Positions 6,984 to 16,826 of a DNA stretch of 64,000 bases are shown here, one piece after another (position 1 is the first letter of the stretch; every line of letters begins with the position of its first letter). The notes beneath the pieces were generated by a model. It did not search any database, was not told the DNA's origin, and was given only the letters and a program-made list of their open reading frames with translations. This DNA is from Candidatus Latescibacterota bacterium (GTDB lineage: Bacteria > Latescibacterota > UBA2968 > UBA8231). The DNA lies in the NCBI GenBank assembly GCA_965197905.1, contig CBDAOB010000002.1, positions 32,001 to 96,000 on the forward strand, in the 5' to 3' direction. The position numbers were made by a program, and so were the translations under genes.

Positions 6984-8240
6984 ATGGCTAAAACTAAGAT
7001 CCTGATCGTCGAAGGTGTTGAGGTCCGTGGCAGGGCCCTGGACATGATTCTGGGCCAGATCGGCGAATTCGAGACCGTTCTGGTCTCGACCGTCACCGAC
7101 GCCCTGATGAAGATCAAGGCTGAACCGTTCGATTTGGTACTCGCCAACACCGAGGTCAGTAAACACGGCGACGGCCTCAAACTCGCCCAGATCATTCTGC
7201 TGCGCAACGTGGTGGCCAAACCCCCTTTGGTGATCATGGTCACCAAGGAGAAGGAGCAGGAACTGGTGCGCAAGTGTCGGCAGATCGGCGTAGTGGATTA
7301 CATCGTCTACCCCTACGACCCGGTCAATCTGTTGAAGCGAGTGTCGGATGCATTCGGCCAACACAAAGGCATGACGAAGGCACAGGCGCGTCGGTCGATT
7401 GCTGCGACGCTGAAAAAAATCATCGATCTGCCGACTATCTCCCAGGTTCAAGATCGGATTACAGATCTTCTCGCCAGCGATCGATCTTCTGCCGCTGATG
7501 TCGCCCGGGTCATGGAGATCGATCAGTCCATCACCGCCAAAATGCTGCGCCTAGCGAACTCCGCCGTTTTCGGTTTCAATCGCCATGTCACTTCGGTCAG
7601 GGACGCTGTTGCTCTTATCGGTTTCGAGCAGGTTGCGGATCTTGTCACCGCGGTATCCACATTCGAGGCACTTGGGCGCGTGGAAGAATCGCCCCACTTC
7701 AATCGCCTCGCGTTCTGGGAGCATTCGATAGGCTGCGGTTCCATCGCGCGGGTCATTGGTGATAAGCTCAAGGTCGACCCCGAGCGCGCCTTCGTAGCCG
7801 GTTTGCTCCACGATATCGGCAAAGTGGTGCTTGACGGCTATTTTCCCGAATTCTTTGGGCAGGCCCTACAAATGGCGGCCAAAGAAGGCATTTCGATCTA
7901 CGAGGCCGAAACCAAGACGATCCCTATAAACCATGAGATGGTGGGTGGCTATCTTGCCCGTCAGTGGAAACTGCCCGAGCCGATCGCTGACGTCATAGGC
8001 GCTCACCATACCCTCAAACCGCAAAAGTCCATGAATATGCGGCTGGTGGTCCTGGTCCACGTGGTCGACGCGCAGTGTCGTGCTCTCGGCGTCGGCAACG
8101 CCGGCGACAACTCAGTGTGGGAGCCAACCAACGGCATGCTGACGCGATTGGCAATCACTCGGTCTGACCTCGATTCATGGAAGCCGGAAATGCAAGAGGC
8201 CATAAAGAACGCGCAAGGACTCTTGGAGTTGGCCGAATGA
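6984..8240 (+). CDS. Receiver-like domain plus HDOD domain signalling protein
   Basis: N-terminal REC-like fold, LPTIS, LRLANSAVFG, FWEHS, GLLHDIGK. Confidence 0.9.
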   Translation: MAKTKILIVEGVEVRGRALDMILGQIGEFETVLVSTVTDALMKIKAEPFDLVLANTEVSKHGDGLKLAQIILLRNVVAKPPLVIMVTKEKEQELVRKCRQIGVVDYIVYPYDPVNLLKRVSDAFGQHKGMTKAQARRSIAATLKKIIDLPTISQVQDRITDLLASDRSSAADVARVMEIDQSITAKMLRLANSAVFGFNRHVTSVRDAVALIGFEQVADLVTAVSTFEALGRVEESPHFNRLAFWEHSIGCGSIARVIGDKLKVDPERAFVAGLLHDIGKVVLDGYFPEFFGQALQMAAKEGISIYEAETKTIPINHEMVGGYLARQWKLPEPIADVIGAHHTLKPQKSMNMRLVVLVHVVDAQCRALGVGNAGDNSVWEPTNGMLTRLAITRSDLDSWKPEMQEAIKNAQGLLELAE

Positions 8241-8285
8241 ACGGCGTTGTTTTCGCCCACTTTAAAGAATCGGAAGCAGACATTC

Positions 8286-9020
8286 ATGAGCGAACAAGCA
8301 CGAGCTGAACTGGCACCTACCGGAGTCCTGCGGGCCGGCATCAACCTGTCCAACTTTCTGCTGGTCACCGGGAAAACCGCCGCTGGCGAGCCCGAAGGGG
8401 TTTCCCCGGACATCGCCCGCGCCGTGGCCGATCGCCTGGGCATCGAGCTGGAATACGTGGTGTTCGACACCCCGGCGCAACTGGCGGACGCGGCGGTGCA
8501 AGATGTGTGGGATATCGGCAACCTTGGTGCCGAGCCGGAACGTGCCAAGACGATCGCATTCACCGCCGCCTACGCAGAGATAGAAGCTACCTATCTGGTG
8601 CCGGCCGGTTCGGCGATTCAATCTGTCGACGAGGTGGACCGCGAGGGGATGCGCATCGCCGTGTACGGGCGCGGCGCCTACGGGCTGTGGCTGAGCGATA
8701 ACCTGCAACACGCCGAGCTGGTCAAGGCGGATGGTCTCGACGACTCATTCGACATCTTCGTGAAAGAGGAGCTGGATGCCCTGGCGGGTCTGCGGCCCCG
8801 CCTTACCACGGATGTGCAGAAGCTGCCTGGTGCGCGGATCCTCGAAGGCCAGTTTACCGCAGTGCAGCAGGCGATCGGTACCAAGCCGGACCGAGCGGCC
8901 GGCGCCGCGTTTCTGCGTGCGTTCGTCGAGGAAGCCAAAGCCAGCGGTCTGGTGGCGGAGCTTATCGACAAACATGGTGTGAAAGGCAAGCTGACGGTGG
9001 CGCCGGCGGCGAGCGACTAG
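8286..9020 (+). CDS. Type 2 periplasmic-binding-fold protein (SBP family 3-like)
   Basis: LAPTGVLRAGINLSN, GVSPDIA, IAFTAAYAEIE. Confidence 0.85.
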   Translation: MSEQARAELAPTGVLRAGINLSNFLLVTGKTAAGEPEGVSPDIARAVADRLGIELEYVVFDTPAQLADAAVQDVWDIGNLGAEPERAKTIAFTAAYAEIEATYLVPAGSAIQSVDEVDREGMRIAVYGRGAYGLWLSDNLQHAELVKADGLDDSFDIFVKEELDALAGLRPRLTTDVQKLPGARILEGQFTAVQQAIGTKPDRAAGAAFLRAFVEEAKASGLVAELIDKHGVKGKLTVAPAASD

Positions 9021-9033
9021 AGCTGAGAAAAAC

Positions 9034-9804
9034 ATGTCTGTACTGAGCGAAGCTGACCACAGTTTTTTCAAGGAGAACGGATACATCCTGCGGACGGATC
9101 TCCTCTCGGAGGAGGATCTTGCTCGATTCACCCACATCTACGACCGGGACCGTTCGGAGTACTCCTACCGGTGGCATCCTTACTCCTACCATCAACGGGC
9201 CAATTACGATGTGCTGGTTACCTCACCGGAGTTCGACGAGGCGGTTCGACACACACGAGTCTTTGCCGCCATCGGAGAGCTCATGGGTGGCAAGACCTGC
9301 TTCGGTGAATTCGGTGCCCGCTATATGGGCGATTATGACGGCGAGCTCCACCGCGGCTGGCACCGGGATCGCCCTCACTGGCCCGAGCATGCCTACCGAA
9401 TGGATTACATCCAGTTCATGCTCTACCTGACGGACGTCGGTCCGGACACCCACTGCTTCTCGATTTCGCCCGAGTCGATTGCCGATCCGGTCCTCAAGGA
9501 ACCGGAAGACCAGCTGTCAAGAGGGGGAATCGTCGACATCGAAGGGCCCGCCGGTTCCGTTTGCCTGTTCAACGTTGCCGTGCTGCACACGGCAACGACC
9601 CGCAAGACGACTAAAGAGCGCAAGACGCTGCAGATCTATTACGGTCATCGGGATCGCGCCCCTCTGGCCAACGACTCGGTGATCCCCCCCCGCTTCTGGA
9701 AACACGATCCGGACCCCGAGACGCGGGCGTTTTACGGAAATCTCAACGAGGTCACGAGGATCTACATGAAGTCGTTCGGGGTCGAGGACACCACGGTATC
9801 GTAG
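9034..9804 (+). CDS. Phytanoyl-CoA dioxygenase (PhyH) family Fe(II)/2OG dioxygenase
   Basis: FFKENGY start, WHRD and distal VLH iron triad. Confidence 0.85.
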   Translation: MSVLSEADHSFFKENGYILRTDLLSEEDLARFTHIYDRDRSEYSYRWHPYSYHQRANYDVLVTSPEFDEAVRHTRVFAAIGELMGGKTCFGEFGARYMGDYDGELHRGWHRDRPHWPEHAYRMDYIQFMLYLTDVGPDTHCFSISPESIADPVLKEPEDQLSRGGIVDIEGPAGSVCLFNVAVLHTATTRKTTKERKTLQIYYGHRDRAPLANDSVIPPRFWKHDPDPETRAFYGNLNEVTRIYMKSFGVEDTTVS

Positions 9805-9839
9805 TAAACGCAAAACCGTTGCGTGGCTGAAAGGAAAGC

Positions 9840-10139
9840 ATGATCGAACACATCGTATTGCTGAAGCTGAAGGATGGGGTCACGTCCGAGCAGACGCAGG
9901 CGGTTCTAGAAGGATTACAGGAGTTAAAAGGAATGCTGCCCGGCATCGTTTCTATTACTGGTGGGGACAACATGAGCCCGGAAGGGAAGTCACACGATTT
10001 CAGCTGGGGTTTCACCATCACATTCGAAGACGTAGCATCGCGGGACGTTTATTTGCCACATCCCGATCACAAGGCGGTAAGCGCAGGCACGATCCGTCCC
10101 ATCGCGGACGACGTGCTGGTGTTCGATTACAGCAGTTGA
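9840..10139 (+). CDS. Dabb (stress-responsive A/B barrel) protein
   Basis: MIEHIVLLKLK...YLPHPDH...VLVFDY. Confidence 0.92.
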   Translation: MIEHIVLLKLKDGVTSEQTQAVLEGLQELKGMLPGIVSITGGDNMSPEGKSHDFSWGFTITFEDVASRDVYLPHPDHKAVSAGTIRPIADDVLVFDYSS

Positions 10140-10182
10140 CAACTGTGGCCCCGTCGGGCCGCAAAAAAGGAGCGGATGAACT

Positions 10183-10914
10183 ATGAACATAATCCTGATC
10201 GGCTGTGAGTTTGCGGGCAAGACCACGCTGGCTGCTGAAATCGTGGACTGGTTCGAGGAGAACATGGGCTACAGCAGCCATTTTCACGACCACTTCACAA
10301 TTCCTTCTACCGAGCTGACCGACGACGCGGGCGCCAGCTACGAAGCGGCCCATCCCCAGGTCAAGGAGATGTTCCAACGCTTCCTGATCTCTTACCACAC
10401 GTCGGAGGGATTCTACAGCGCTCCCGACCACCATCTCATGGGGTTCCACATCGAGGAAGCGGTCTACGCACCGCTCTACTACGGCTACGGCGGCCCGGAT
10501 TCGGGCTCCCCCATGCGCTCTCCGGAGGGGCAACGGACCGAGATGGCACGACACACAGAGGAAGAGATCCTCAAACATGCACCGAATTCGATTCTGGTGT
10601 TGATGAAAACAACGCCAGAAGTGATCAGGGAACGCATGGCCGCCAACATCTTCCCTGACGCCGAGACCCTCGCGCAACAAAAGTTGTCCAAGATCTTCGG
10701 AGAGCCCACCCGAGGTGTGGTACAGAAGAAAGACGTGGAACATGTGCTGGCCCGCTTCGAGGAGGAGTTCGAGGCAAGCCTGATCAAGAACAAGCTGGTG
10801 CTCGACACGACCACTGCCACCGTCGAGGAGAGCATGGCGGAGTTCCTAGAAGGCGCCAAGCCGCTTATGTCAGATGAGGACAAAATCCGCTTTGCCGAAC
10901 ATGGAAGCGCCTGA
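10183..10914 (+). CDS. P-loop NMP-kinase-like hypothetical protein, copy 1
   Basis: N-terminal IILIGCEFAGKTTLA Walker A, PEVIRERM lid-like segment, LVLDTT. Confidence 0.8.
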   Translation: MNIILIGCEFAGKTTLAAEIVDWFEENMGYSSHFHDHFTIPSTELTDDAGASYEAAHPQVKEMFQRFLISYHTSEGFYSAPDHHLMGFHIEEAVYAPLYYGYGGPDSGSPMRSPEGQRTEMARHTEEEILKHAPNSILVLMKTTPEVIRERMAANIFPDAETLAQQKLSKIFGEPTRGVVQKKDVEHVLARFEEEFEASLIKNKLVLDTTTATVEESMAEFLEGAKPLMSDEDKIRFAEHGSA

Positions 10915-10999
10915 AGGCGCGGAAGAAACGAGATGAAGCAACGGGTTCTGGGGAGGACCGGTGTGGCCCGTCGGGCCGAAAAAAAGGAGCGGATGGACT

Positions 11000-11731
11000 G
11001 TGAACATACTCTTGATTGGCTGTGAGTTTGCGGGCAAGACGACGTTGGCTGCTGAGATCGTGGACTGGTGCGAAGAGAATCTGGGTGGCAGCAGTCATTT
11101 CCATGACCACTTCACGATTCCCTCGACGGAGCTGACCGATGAAGCTGGCGCCAGCTACGCGGCGACCCATCCCCAGGTAAAGGAGATGTTCCAGCGCTTC
11201 CTGATCTCCTATCACGCGTCCGAGGGATTCTTCAGCTATCCCGATCACAACCTCATGGGGTACCACATCGAGGAAGCGGTCTACGCGCCGCTCTACTACG
11301 GCTACGGCGGCCCGGACTCGGGCTCCCCCATGCGCAGCCCCGTGGGGCAACGCACGAAGATGGCCCGAAGTACTGAAGAAGAGATTCTCCGGCGTGCGCC
11401 CAACATGGTTCTGGTGTTGATGAAAGCGACACCGGAGGTGATCAGGGAGCGCATGGCGGCCAACTTTTACCCGGACGCCGAGACCGTCGAACGCCAGAAG
11501 ATGTCGAAGCTCTTCGGAGAGCCCACCCGGGGTGTGGTGCAGGAGAAAGACGTGGAACACGTGCTGGCGCGCTTCGAAGAGGAGTTCGAGGCGAGTCTGA
11601 TGAAGAACAAGCTAGTGCTCGACACGACTACTGCCACCGTCGAGGAGACCATGGCGGAATTCTTAGAAGGCTCAATGCCGTTCATGACAGACGCGGACAA
11701 GGCCCGCCTCGCTGAACACGGAAAATCCTGA
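11000..11731 (+). CDS. P-loop NMP-kinase-like hypothetical protein, copy 2
   Basis: GTG at 11000 aligns with the ATG of copy 1. Same length (243 aa), highly similar. Confidence 0.8.
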   Translation: MNILLIGCEFAGKTTLAAEIVDWCEENLGGSSHFHDHFTIPSTELTDEAGASYAATHPQVKEMFQRFLISYHASEGFFSYPDHNLMGYHIEEAVYAPLYYGYGGPDSGSPMRSPVGQRTKMARSTEEEILRRAPNMVLVLMKATPEVIRERMAANFYPDAETVERQKMSKLFGEPTRGVVQEKDVEHVLARFEEEFEASLMKNKLVLDTTTATVEETMAEFLEGSMPFMTDADKARLAEHGKS

Positions 11732-11748
11732 GGGCAGGAGGACGCGAG

Positions 11749-12738
11749 ATGAAGCAGCGGGTTCTGGGGAGGACCGGTTTAAAGGTGAGCGAGCTCAACC
11801 TTGGGGCGGCTTTTGTCAGCAAGGGGGAGCAAGGCGCCGACGGTGCCACGGCGACGGTGCGCCGGGCGCTCGAGCTGGGCATGAACCTGGCCGATACCTC
11901 CGCCGACTACGGCGACAGCGAAGAGGTGCTCGGCCGGGCGCTGCACGAGATCGGCGAGCCGTGTATCGTCTCCACCAAGCTGGGGCCGCCGTCGGAATGG
12001 ACCGACTTCGATCCCAAAGACAAGGACCAGCTGCGACGGATAGTGGAACGTAGCCTCAAGAATCTGCACCGCGACGTCATCGACATCATGATGATCCACG
12101 AGCCCGACCGTCCGCGGCAGTTCGACTGGTACGACGACGACATCTCCTTTCAGGGTCCTGTGGTGGAGCTTTTGAACGAACTCAAGGAAGAGGGAGTGAT
12201 CAAATACACGGGTATCGGAGGCACAGCGATCTACGAACTCACGCGCCTGGTGGCTACCGGTGCGTACGACGTGGTGTTGACCGGTTTCAACTCCAGTCCT
12301 CTCTGGCGCGACTCTTTGACTACGGTGATTCCGGAAGCGACCAAACAAAACATGGGGGTCTTCCTCGCTTCTCCGACGCAGCAGGGGTGGCTCGTCAAGA
12401 AATGCCCGCAGGTTTACGACGGGGCGCGCTGGCTCAGTCCGCAGCGGCGAGAGCAGCTGAAGGTGCTCTACGACTTCGTGGACGAGATCGGCATCGAGCT
12501 GCCGGTGTTGTGTGTGCGCTGGGCATTGGCGGTGGAAGGGGTTTCCACGGTGTTGACCGGACCGCGCAACATCGCCCAGCTGGAGCAGAACTACTCCGCG
12601 ACCGAAGAGGGGCCATTGCCTGCCGATATCGCGAAACGTCTCGACGAGATCTACGAGATGGTACCGTATCGTCCCTTCGAGGAGCCGGCGCCGGCCTGTT
12701 TCGAACGGGAGTACTGGGGTCCGGGGCCATTGCGGTAA
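11749..12738 (+). CDS. Aldo/keto reductase
   Basis: LGRTGLKVSELNLG, DTSADYG, STK, MIHEPD. Confidence 0.92.
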   Translation: MKQRVLGRTGLKVSELNLGAAFVSKGEQGADGATATVRRALELGMNLADTSADYGDSEEVLGRALHEIGEPCIVSTKLGPPSEWTDFDPKDKDQLRRIVERSLKNLHRDVIDIMMIHEPDRPRQFDWYDDDISFQGPVVELLNELKEEGVIKYTGIGGTAIYELTRLVATGAYDVVLTGFNSSPLWRDSLTTVIPEATKQNMGVFLASPTQQGWLVKKCPQVYDGARWLSPQRREQLKVLYDFVDEIGIELPVLCVRWALAVEGVSTVLTGPRNIAQLEQNYSATEEGPLPADIAKRLDEIYEMVPYRPFEEPAPACFEREYWGPGPLR

Positions 12739-12783
12739 CGCATCCCCGCGTGCCTCAGGCCGGCTGCAGGCTCAATCGATGAA

Positions 12784-15700
12784 GTGCGTGCAGCAGCGCT
12801 TTCAAAACTCGGTTCAGACACCTGCGACATGCCATCGATTCCCACAGCTTCTTCTGCGGGGAGGCGCGGTTGCGGCGGGCCGCCCGCTGGCGACACACTC
12901 CCGGAACCGGCACGCCGTTTTCCGTTGGAGGCCCAACGCCGCATCAGCGAGCTTCTGGAGACCGCGGAGAGTGATACGACGGCCGCGGTAGTAGCGGGTT
13001 TCTTCTATCGCGACCACGACGGGGACGACACGTTCTCCGACGGCGAGGAGTTTCCCGGGGCGATTCTCGGCGCGCCGCAGCTTAACGACGCGTCGCTGCA
13101 CACCTACTTCAACTGTTTTTGGAGCGACGCACTACTACCGGGCGATAAGGTCGTGGTCCGGTTCGAGGCAGCCGGTGTGTTTCCATTCGAGGCAGACGTC
13201 GAGCTGCAACCCGGATTGAATCTGGTGCACATTCCGGTTCTGCCCACGCGACCGGTCATCTATGTCGTTCCCCATTCCCACTTCGACACCGAGTGGCGTC
13301 GCACCTACGAGGAGTACCTCGAGCAGGAGGTGCCCAACCTGCGGAGCCGTCTCGACCTGATGCGACAAGAGCCATCCCACTGCTTCAGCTTCGACGAAGA
13401 ATGTGTAACGATTCCGTTCATGGAGCGCTCCGACGCGGACCACCGCGAGCGGCTGCGCCAGGGCATCCGCGACGGCATGGTGGAGCCCAAGGGGTTGGTC
13501 ACGCAGCAGGAGCTCACTATGCCGTACGGTGAATCGCTGGTGCGTAACATTACAATGGGGGAACGGATGCTCTCCGAGCTGATGGGTGAGTCGATTCGGC
13601 CGGAGGTCTACTGGTGCGTTGATCATTACGGCATGGGAGTGCAGATGGCGCAGATCCTGCGCAATTCCGGGCGCAGGTATTTCCTCATTGGGGAATACAG
13701 CGATGAGCGGATTCCGTACACGGAGCCGGGACTGAGCCAGCATCAGGAATTCTGGCTGCGTTCACCGGACGGGTCGAGGATGCTCACCAATCGCGGTTTC
13801 TACGGCGGTGCGGTAACACCGACCGCCATTCCGCCGCGACACCCTCATCAGTGCGGACTACAGTTCCTGGGTGAGGACAACTGCGCGCCCCGGCCCGAGC
13901 TGATCGCCGAGGTAGAGGAAACAAACCGTTCCCAGGATCAGTTCACCTACGTGATCTCCACGACGCTGCCTTTTTACCGGGCGATCGCGCGCGACCCGGA
14001 GCTACCCACCTTCGAGACGGAAAGTGTCGTTACCCGCTGGTGTGGGATCTACGAATCGCGGCTGCGAAGCAAGACCCAGAACCGGACGTTGGAGAACCGG
14101 ACCCTGGCGCTGGAAGCGTTGGCCAGCTGTGCACAACTGGAAGGGATGCCGTATCCGGACACATTGGAACGCGCCTGGTACCTGATGATCCTGAATCAAC
14201 ATCACGATCCGCTGATGTCGATTATGGCCAGGGTGGGTCTCTTTGACTCGGAGATTCCCGCGCGTTTCGAGCAGTGCTCGAGCCTGCTGGATCAGGTCGA
14301 CGACCAGGTGATGGGTTGGCTGGGAGCGGAGATCGACACCGCGGGGTCGCCAGGGAGACCGCTGATCGCCTACAACGCGCTGCCGCTGGCGCACTCGGCG
14401 GTTTTGGAGATGGAGTTCAGTGTCGAGGACGGGACCGGAGGTACGCACGTGGGTTTCGTCGATCACCAGGGCGAGCCGGTGGTGTGCCAGCGCGTGGAAG
14501 CGGAAGAGGGCAGGGAACGACTCGTCTTTCTGGCGGAGCATCTTCCGGCGTTGGGGTGGCGCACCTATTACATGACTACCGATGGAGATCCCCGGCTCGA
14601 CGGGGGCGGCAACAGCGACGACTCGGCTGCCGCGGCGCTCGGGGATTCGGGTCGTGGCGCACAGGTCGTCCAGGCCACGACAACTCGCCTGGAAAACGAG
14701 CACCTCAGAGTCGAGTTGATCGACGGCATGATCACACGAGTGGTCGAGAAGAGCGCGGGCATTGAGGTGCTGCGAGCATCGACCGAATGTGGCGTCAACG
14801 AGATCGCGATCTGGCGAGACGAGGGGTGCATCAGCGTAATTCGCCCGATGGACGACAACGGCATCGTCGATTTTCTGCACAACGACGCGGCTGTTCTGGT
14901 CGCCCGCAGTGCACAGATCGCCGACCGCCAGGTTGCCGTGCTCGAGGACGGACCGCTGCGGGCACGGCTGCAGATTCGGTTCGAGCTCGATTGGGGACGC
15001 TTTGAACAACGGCTCGAGCTGGAGACCGGGTCCTGGCTGTTGCGGCTAACTACCAAGATCGAGTGGGATCCGTCCGGCAAGGTCACTCCCTTCGACGGTC
15101 GCCGCGTGCGTCTGGCTTTCGGTACCGGCTTCAAGGATGCGAGGATCGTGTGCGACACCCCGTTCGGCGTGGTGCCGTGGAGGCAGGTGGAGCAGATCCG
15201 ACCGGTTAACTCATGGCTGGCAGCGGAGACGCCGACCTGTGGGGTGGCATTGTTCCACAAGGGAACCCACTCGGTGCAGGTGGTGGACGATATCATCTAC
15301 GCCACCCTGATTCGTTCGGTGCTCGAGCCGGATTTCGATACTGAGGACGAGCGTGCCTGCAAGTGGGATGTGGCCGATGACGAGGCCGCCGAGGCCGGCA
15401 CCCACACCCTGGAACACGCTCTCTACATGTATCCCGGAACCTGGGACCGCGCCGAGGTTCCCTCCGCCGCCCGTCGTTTCAATTCCGCCATCGAGGTTGT
15501 GCCGGCGGGCCGCCACGAGGGGCGACTGCCAGCCGAAGCGAGCTATCTAGATCTAGAGCCGCCGACGCTGGTGGCATCGGCGGTGAAACCCTCCGAATAT
15601 CGCACTGGTCATACGGTTGTTCGTCTCTACAATCCCACCGAGCGCAACGTGCACGGTCGGCTGGGGGTCGGGTTTGACCACGGAGCGGTGGAGGTGGTGG

Positions 15701-15810
15701 ATTTCCGCGAGCAAATGGTGGATACTCTGGGCGGGGGAAACCCGTATGAGCTTCAGGTGGGTCCCTACGAGATCGTCACCCTGTGCATCGAGGGACGGAA
15801 GGAACACTGA
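12784..15810 (+). CDS. Glycoside hydrolase family 38 (alpha-mannosidase-like); start uncertain
   Basis: VVPHSHFDTEW zinc motif, WCVDHYG nucleophile region, LNQHHD, C-terminal VVRLYNP...PYEIVTL. Confidence 0.88.
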   Translation: MRAAALSKLGSDTCDMPSIPTASSAGRRGCGGPPAGDTLPEPARRFPLEAQRRISELLETAESDTTAAVVAGFFYRDHDGDDTFSDGEEFPGAILGAPQLNDASLHTYFNCFWSDALLPGDKVVVRFEAAGVFPFEADVELQPGLNLVHIPVLPTRPVIYVVPHSHFDTEWRRTYEEYLEQEVPNLRSRLDLMRQEPSHCFSFDEECVTIPFMERSDADHRERLRQGIRDGMVEPKGLVTQQELTMPYGESLVRNITMGERMLSELMGESIRPEVYWCVDHYGMGVQMAQILRNSGRRYFLIGEYSDERIPYTEPGLSQHQEFWLRSPDGSRMLTNRGFYGGAVTPTAIPPRHPHQCGLQFLGEDNCAPRPELIAEVEETNRSQDQFTYVISTTLPFYRAIARDPELPTFETESVVTRWCGIYESRLRSKTQNRTLENRTLALEALASCAQLEGMPYPDTLERAWYLMILNQHHDPLMSIMARVGLFDSEIPARFEQCSSLLDQVDDQVMGWLGAEIDTAGSPGRPLIAYNALPLAHSAVLEMEFSVEDGTGGTHVGFVDHQGEPVVCQRVEAEEGRERLVFLAEHLPALGWRTYYMTTDGDPRLDGGGNSDDSAAAALGDSGRGAQVVQATTTRLENEHLRVELIDGMITRVVEKSAGIEVLRASTECGVNEIAIWRDEGCISVIRPMDDNGIVDFLHNDAAVLVARSAQIADRQVAVLEDGPLRARLQIRFELDWGRFEQRLELETGSWLLRLTTKIEWDPSGKVTPFDGRRVRLAFGTGFKDARIVCDTPFGVVPWRQVEQIRPVNSWLAAETPTCGVALFHKGTHSVQVVDDIIYATLIRSVLEPDFDTEDERACKWDVADDEAAEAGTHTLEHALYMYPGTWDRAEVPSAARRFNSAIEVVPAGRHEGRLPAEASYLDLEPPTLVASAVKPSEYRTGHTVVRLYNPTERNVHGRLGVGFDHGAVEVVDFREQMVDTLGGGNPYELQVGPYEIVTLCIEGRKEH

Positions 15811-16796
15811 TGGAGTATGTCAATTTCGGCAAGGCCGGAGTCAAGGTGAGCAAGATCGCCCTGGGACTCGGTTTTAGAGGACAACGCGACCCTGCGGAGG
15901 CGCAGAAGGTGGTGGAACGGGCCCTCGATCTGGGCATTACCTTCTTCGACTGTGCCAACGTCTACGGACCCACCGGCAGAGACGCATGGGACATCGGCCA
16001 CTCGGAGAGAATTCTGGGTCGGGCGATCAGGAGCGGTCGCGACGACGTGGTCATCACGACCAAAGTGGCCGGTGCGGTGGGCACGGGCCCGAACGAGAGC
16101 GGACTGTCTCGTTACCACATCATGCAACAGGTGGAGCGTTCTCTAAAACACCTGGATACCGACCACATCGATGTCTACCTGGCCCACGACTATCCCCACG
16201 AAACCCCGCACGAAGAAACCCTGCGCACCTTCGACGATCTAGTGAGATCCGGCAAGGTGCTCTACGTCGGCTGCTGCAACTACAATGCCTGGCAGGTGTG
16301 TCATGCGCTGTGGATCCAGGAGCGCATCAACGCTTCGCCCTACATCTGCGTGCAGAATCCGTACAACCTGCTCAATCGCAAGTTGGAGCAGGAGATGTTT
16401 GGCGTCATTCGGGAATTCGGTCTCGGTGCCATGGCGTACAGTCCGCTCGCCGTCGGTCTCTTGAGCGGCGCCTACGACGTCAACAAGCCGGCGCCCGCCG
16501 ATTCACTGTGGGAGATGGATCACCGCAAAGGCCGTTTCGAGAAGCTGATGCAGGGACCGATCCGGCCGACCATCGCTCTGGTGCACGAGCTCGCCGCGGA
16601 AATAGGCAAGACGCCGGCGCAGCTGGCCATCGCCTGGGTGCTCTCGCATCCGGAAATCACGACGGCATTGAGCGGCAGTGACAAGGCGGAGCATGTAGAG
16701 GATGTGGTGGGGGCCGTCGGCTGGGAGCTAGATCCGGAGATCCGCCGAAGGTTGGACGAACAATCCGATTCACTGGGGGAGGCCCTCGATGGCTGA
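15810..16796 (+). CDS. Aldo/keto reductase (Tas/Kv-beta-like)
   Basis: FDCANVYG, TTKV, GLSRYHI, QNPYNLL, YSPLAVGLL. ATG overlaps the upstream TGA. Confidence 0.93.
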   Translation: MEYVNFGKAGVKVSKIALGLGFRGQRDPAEAQKVVERALDLGITFFDCANVYGPTGRDAWDIGHSERILGRAIRSGRDDVVITTKVAGAVGTGPNESGLSRYHIMQQVERSLKHLDTDHIDVYLAHDYPHETPHEETLRTFDDLVRSGKVLYVGCCNYNAWQVCHALWIQERINASPYICVQNPYNLLNRKLEQEMFGVIREFGLGAMAYSPLAVGLLSGAYDVNKPAPADSLWEMDHRKGRFEKLMQGPIRPTIALVHELAAEIGKTPAQLAIAWVLSHPEITTALSGSDKAEHVEDVVGAVGWELDPEIRRRLDEQSDSLGEALDG

Positions 16797-16826
16797 CTCC
16801 ATCAACTCGAACTCGGAGCAGAGACC

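Larger units (their letters stand above)
10144..11778 (+). repeat. Tandem duplication of an approximately 0.82-kb unit
   Basis: Both units start TGTGGCCC(C)GTCGGGCCG, contain a 732-bp gene and end with the first 10 codons of the AKR gene. Confidence 0.88.
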
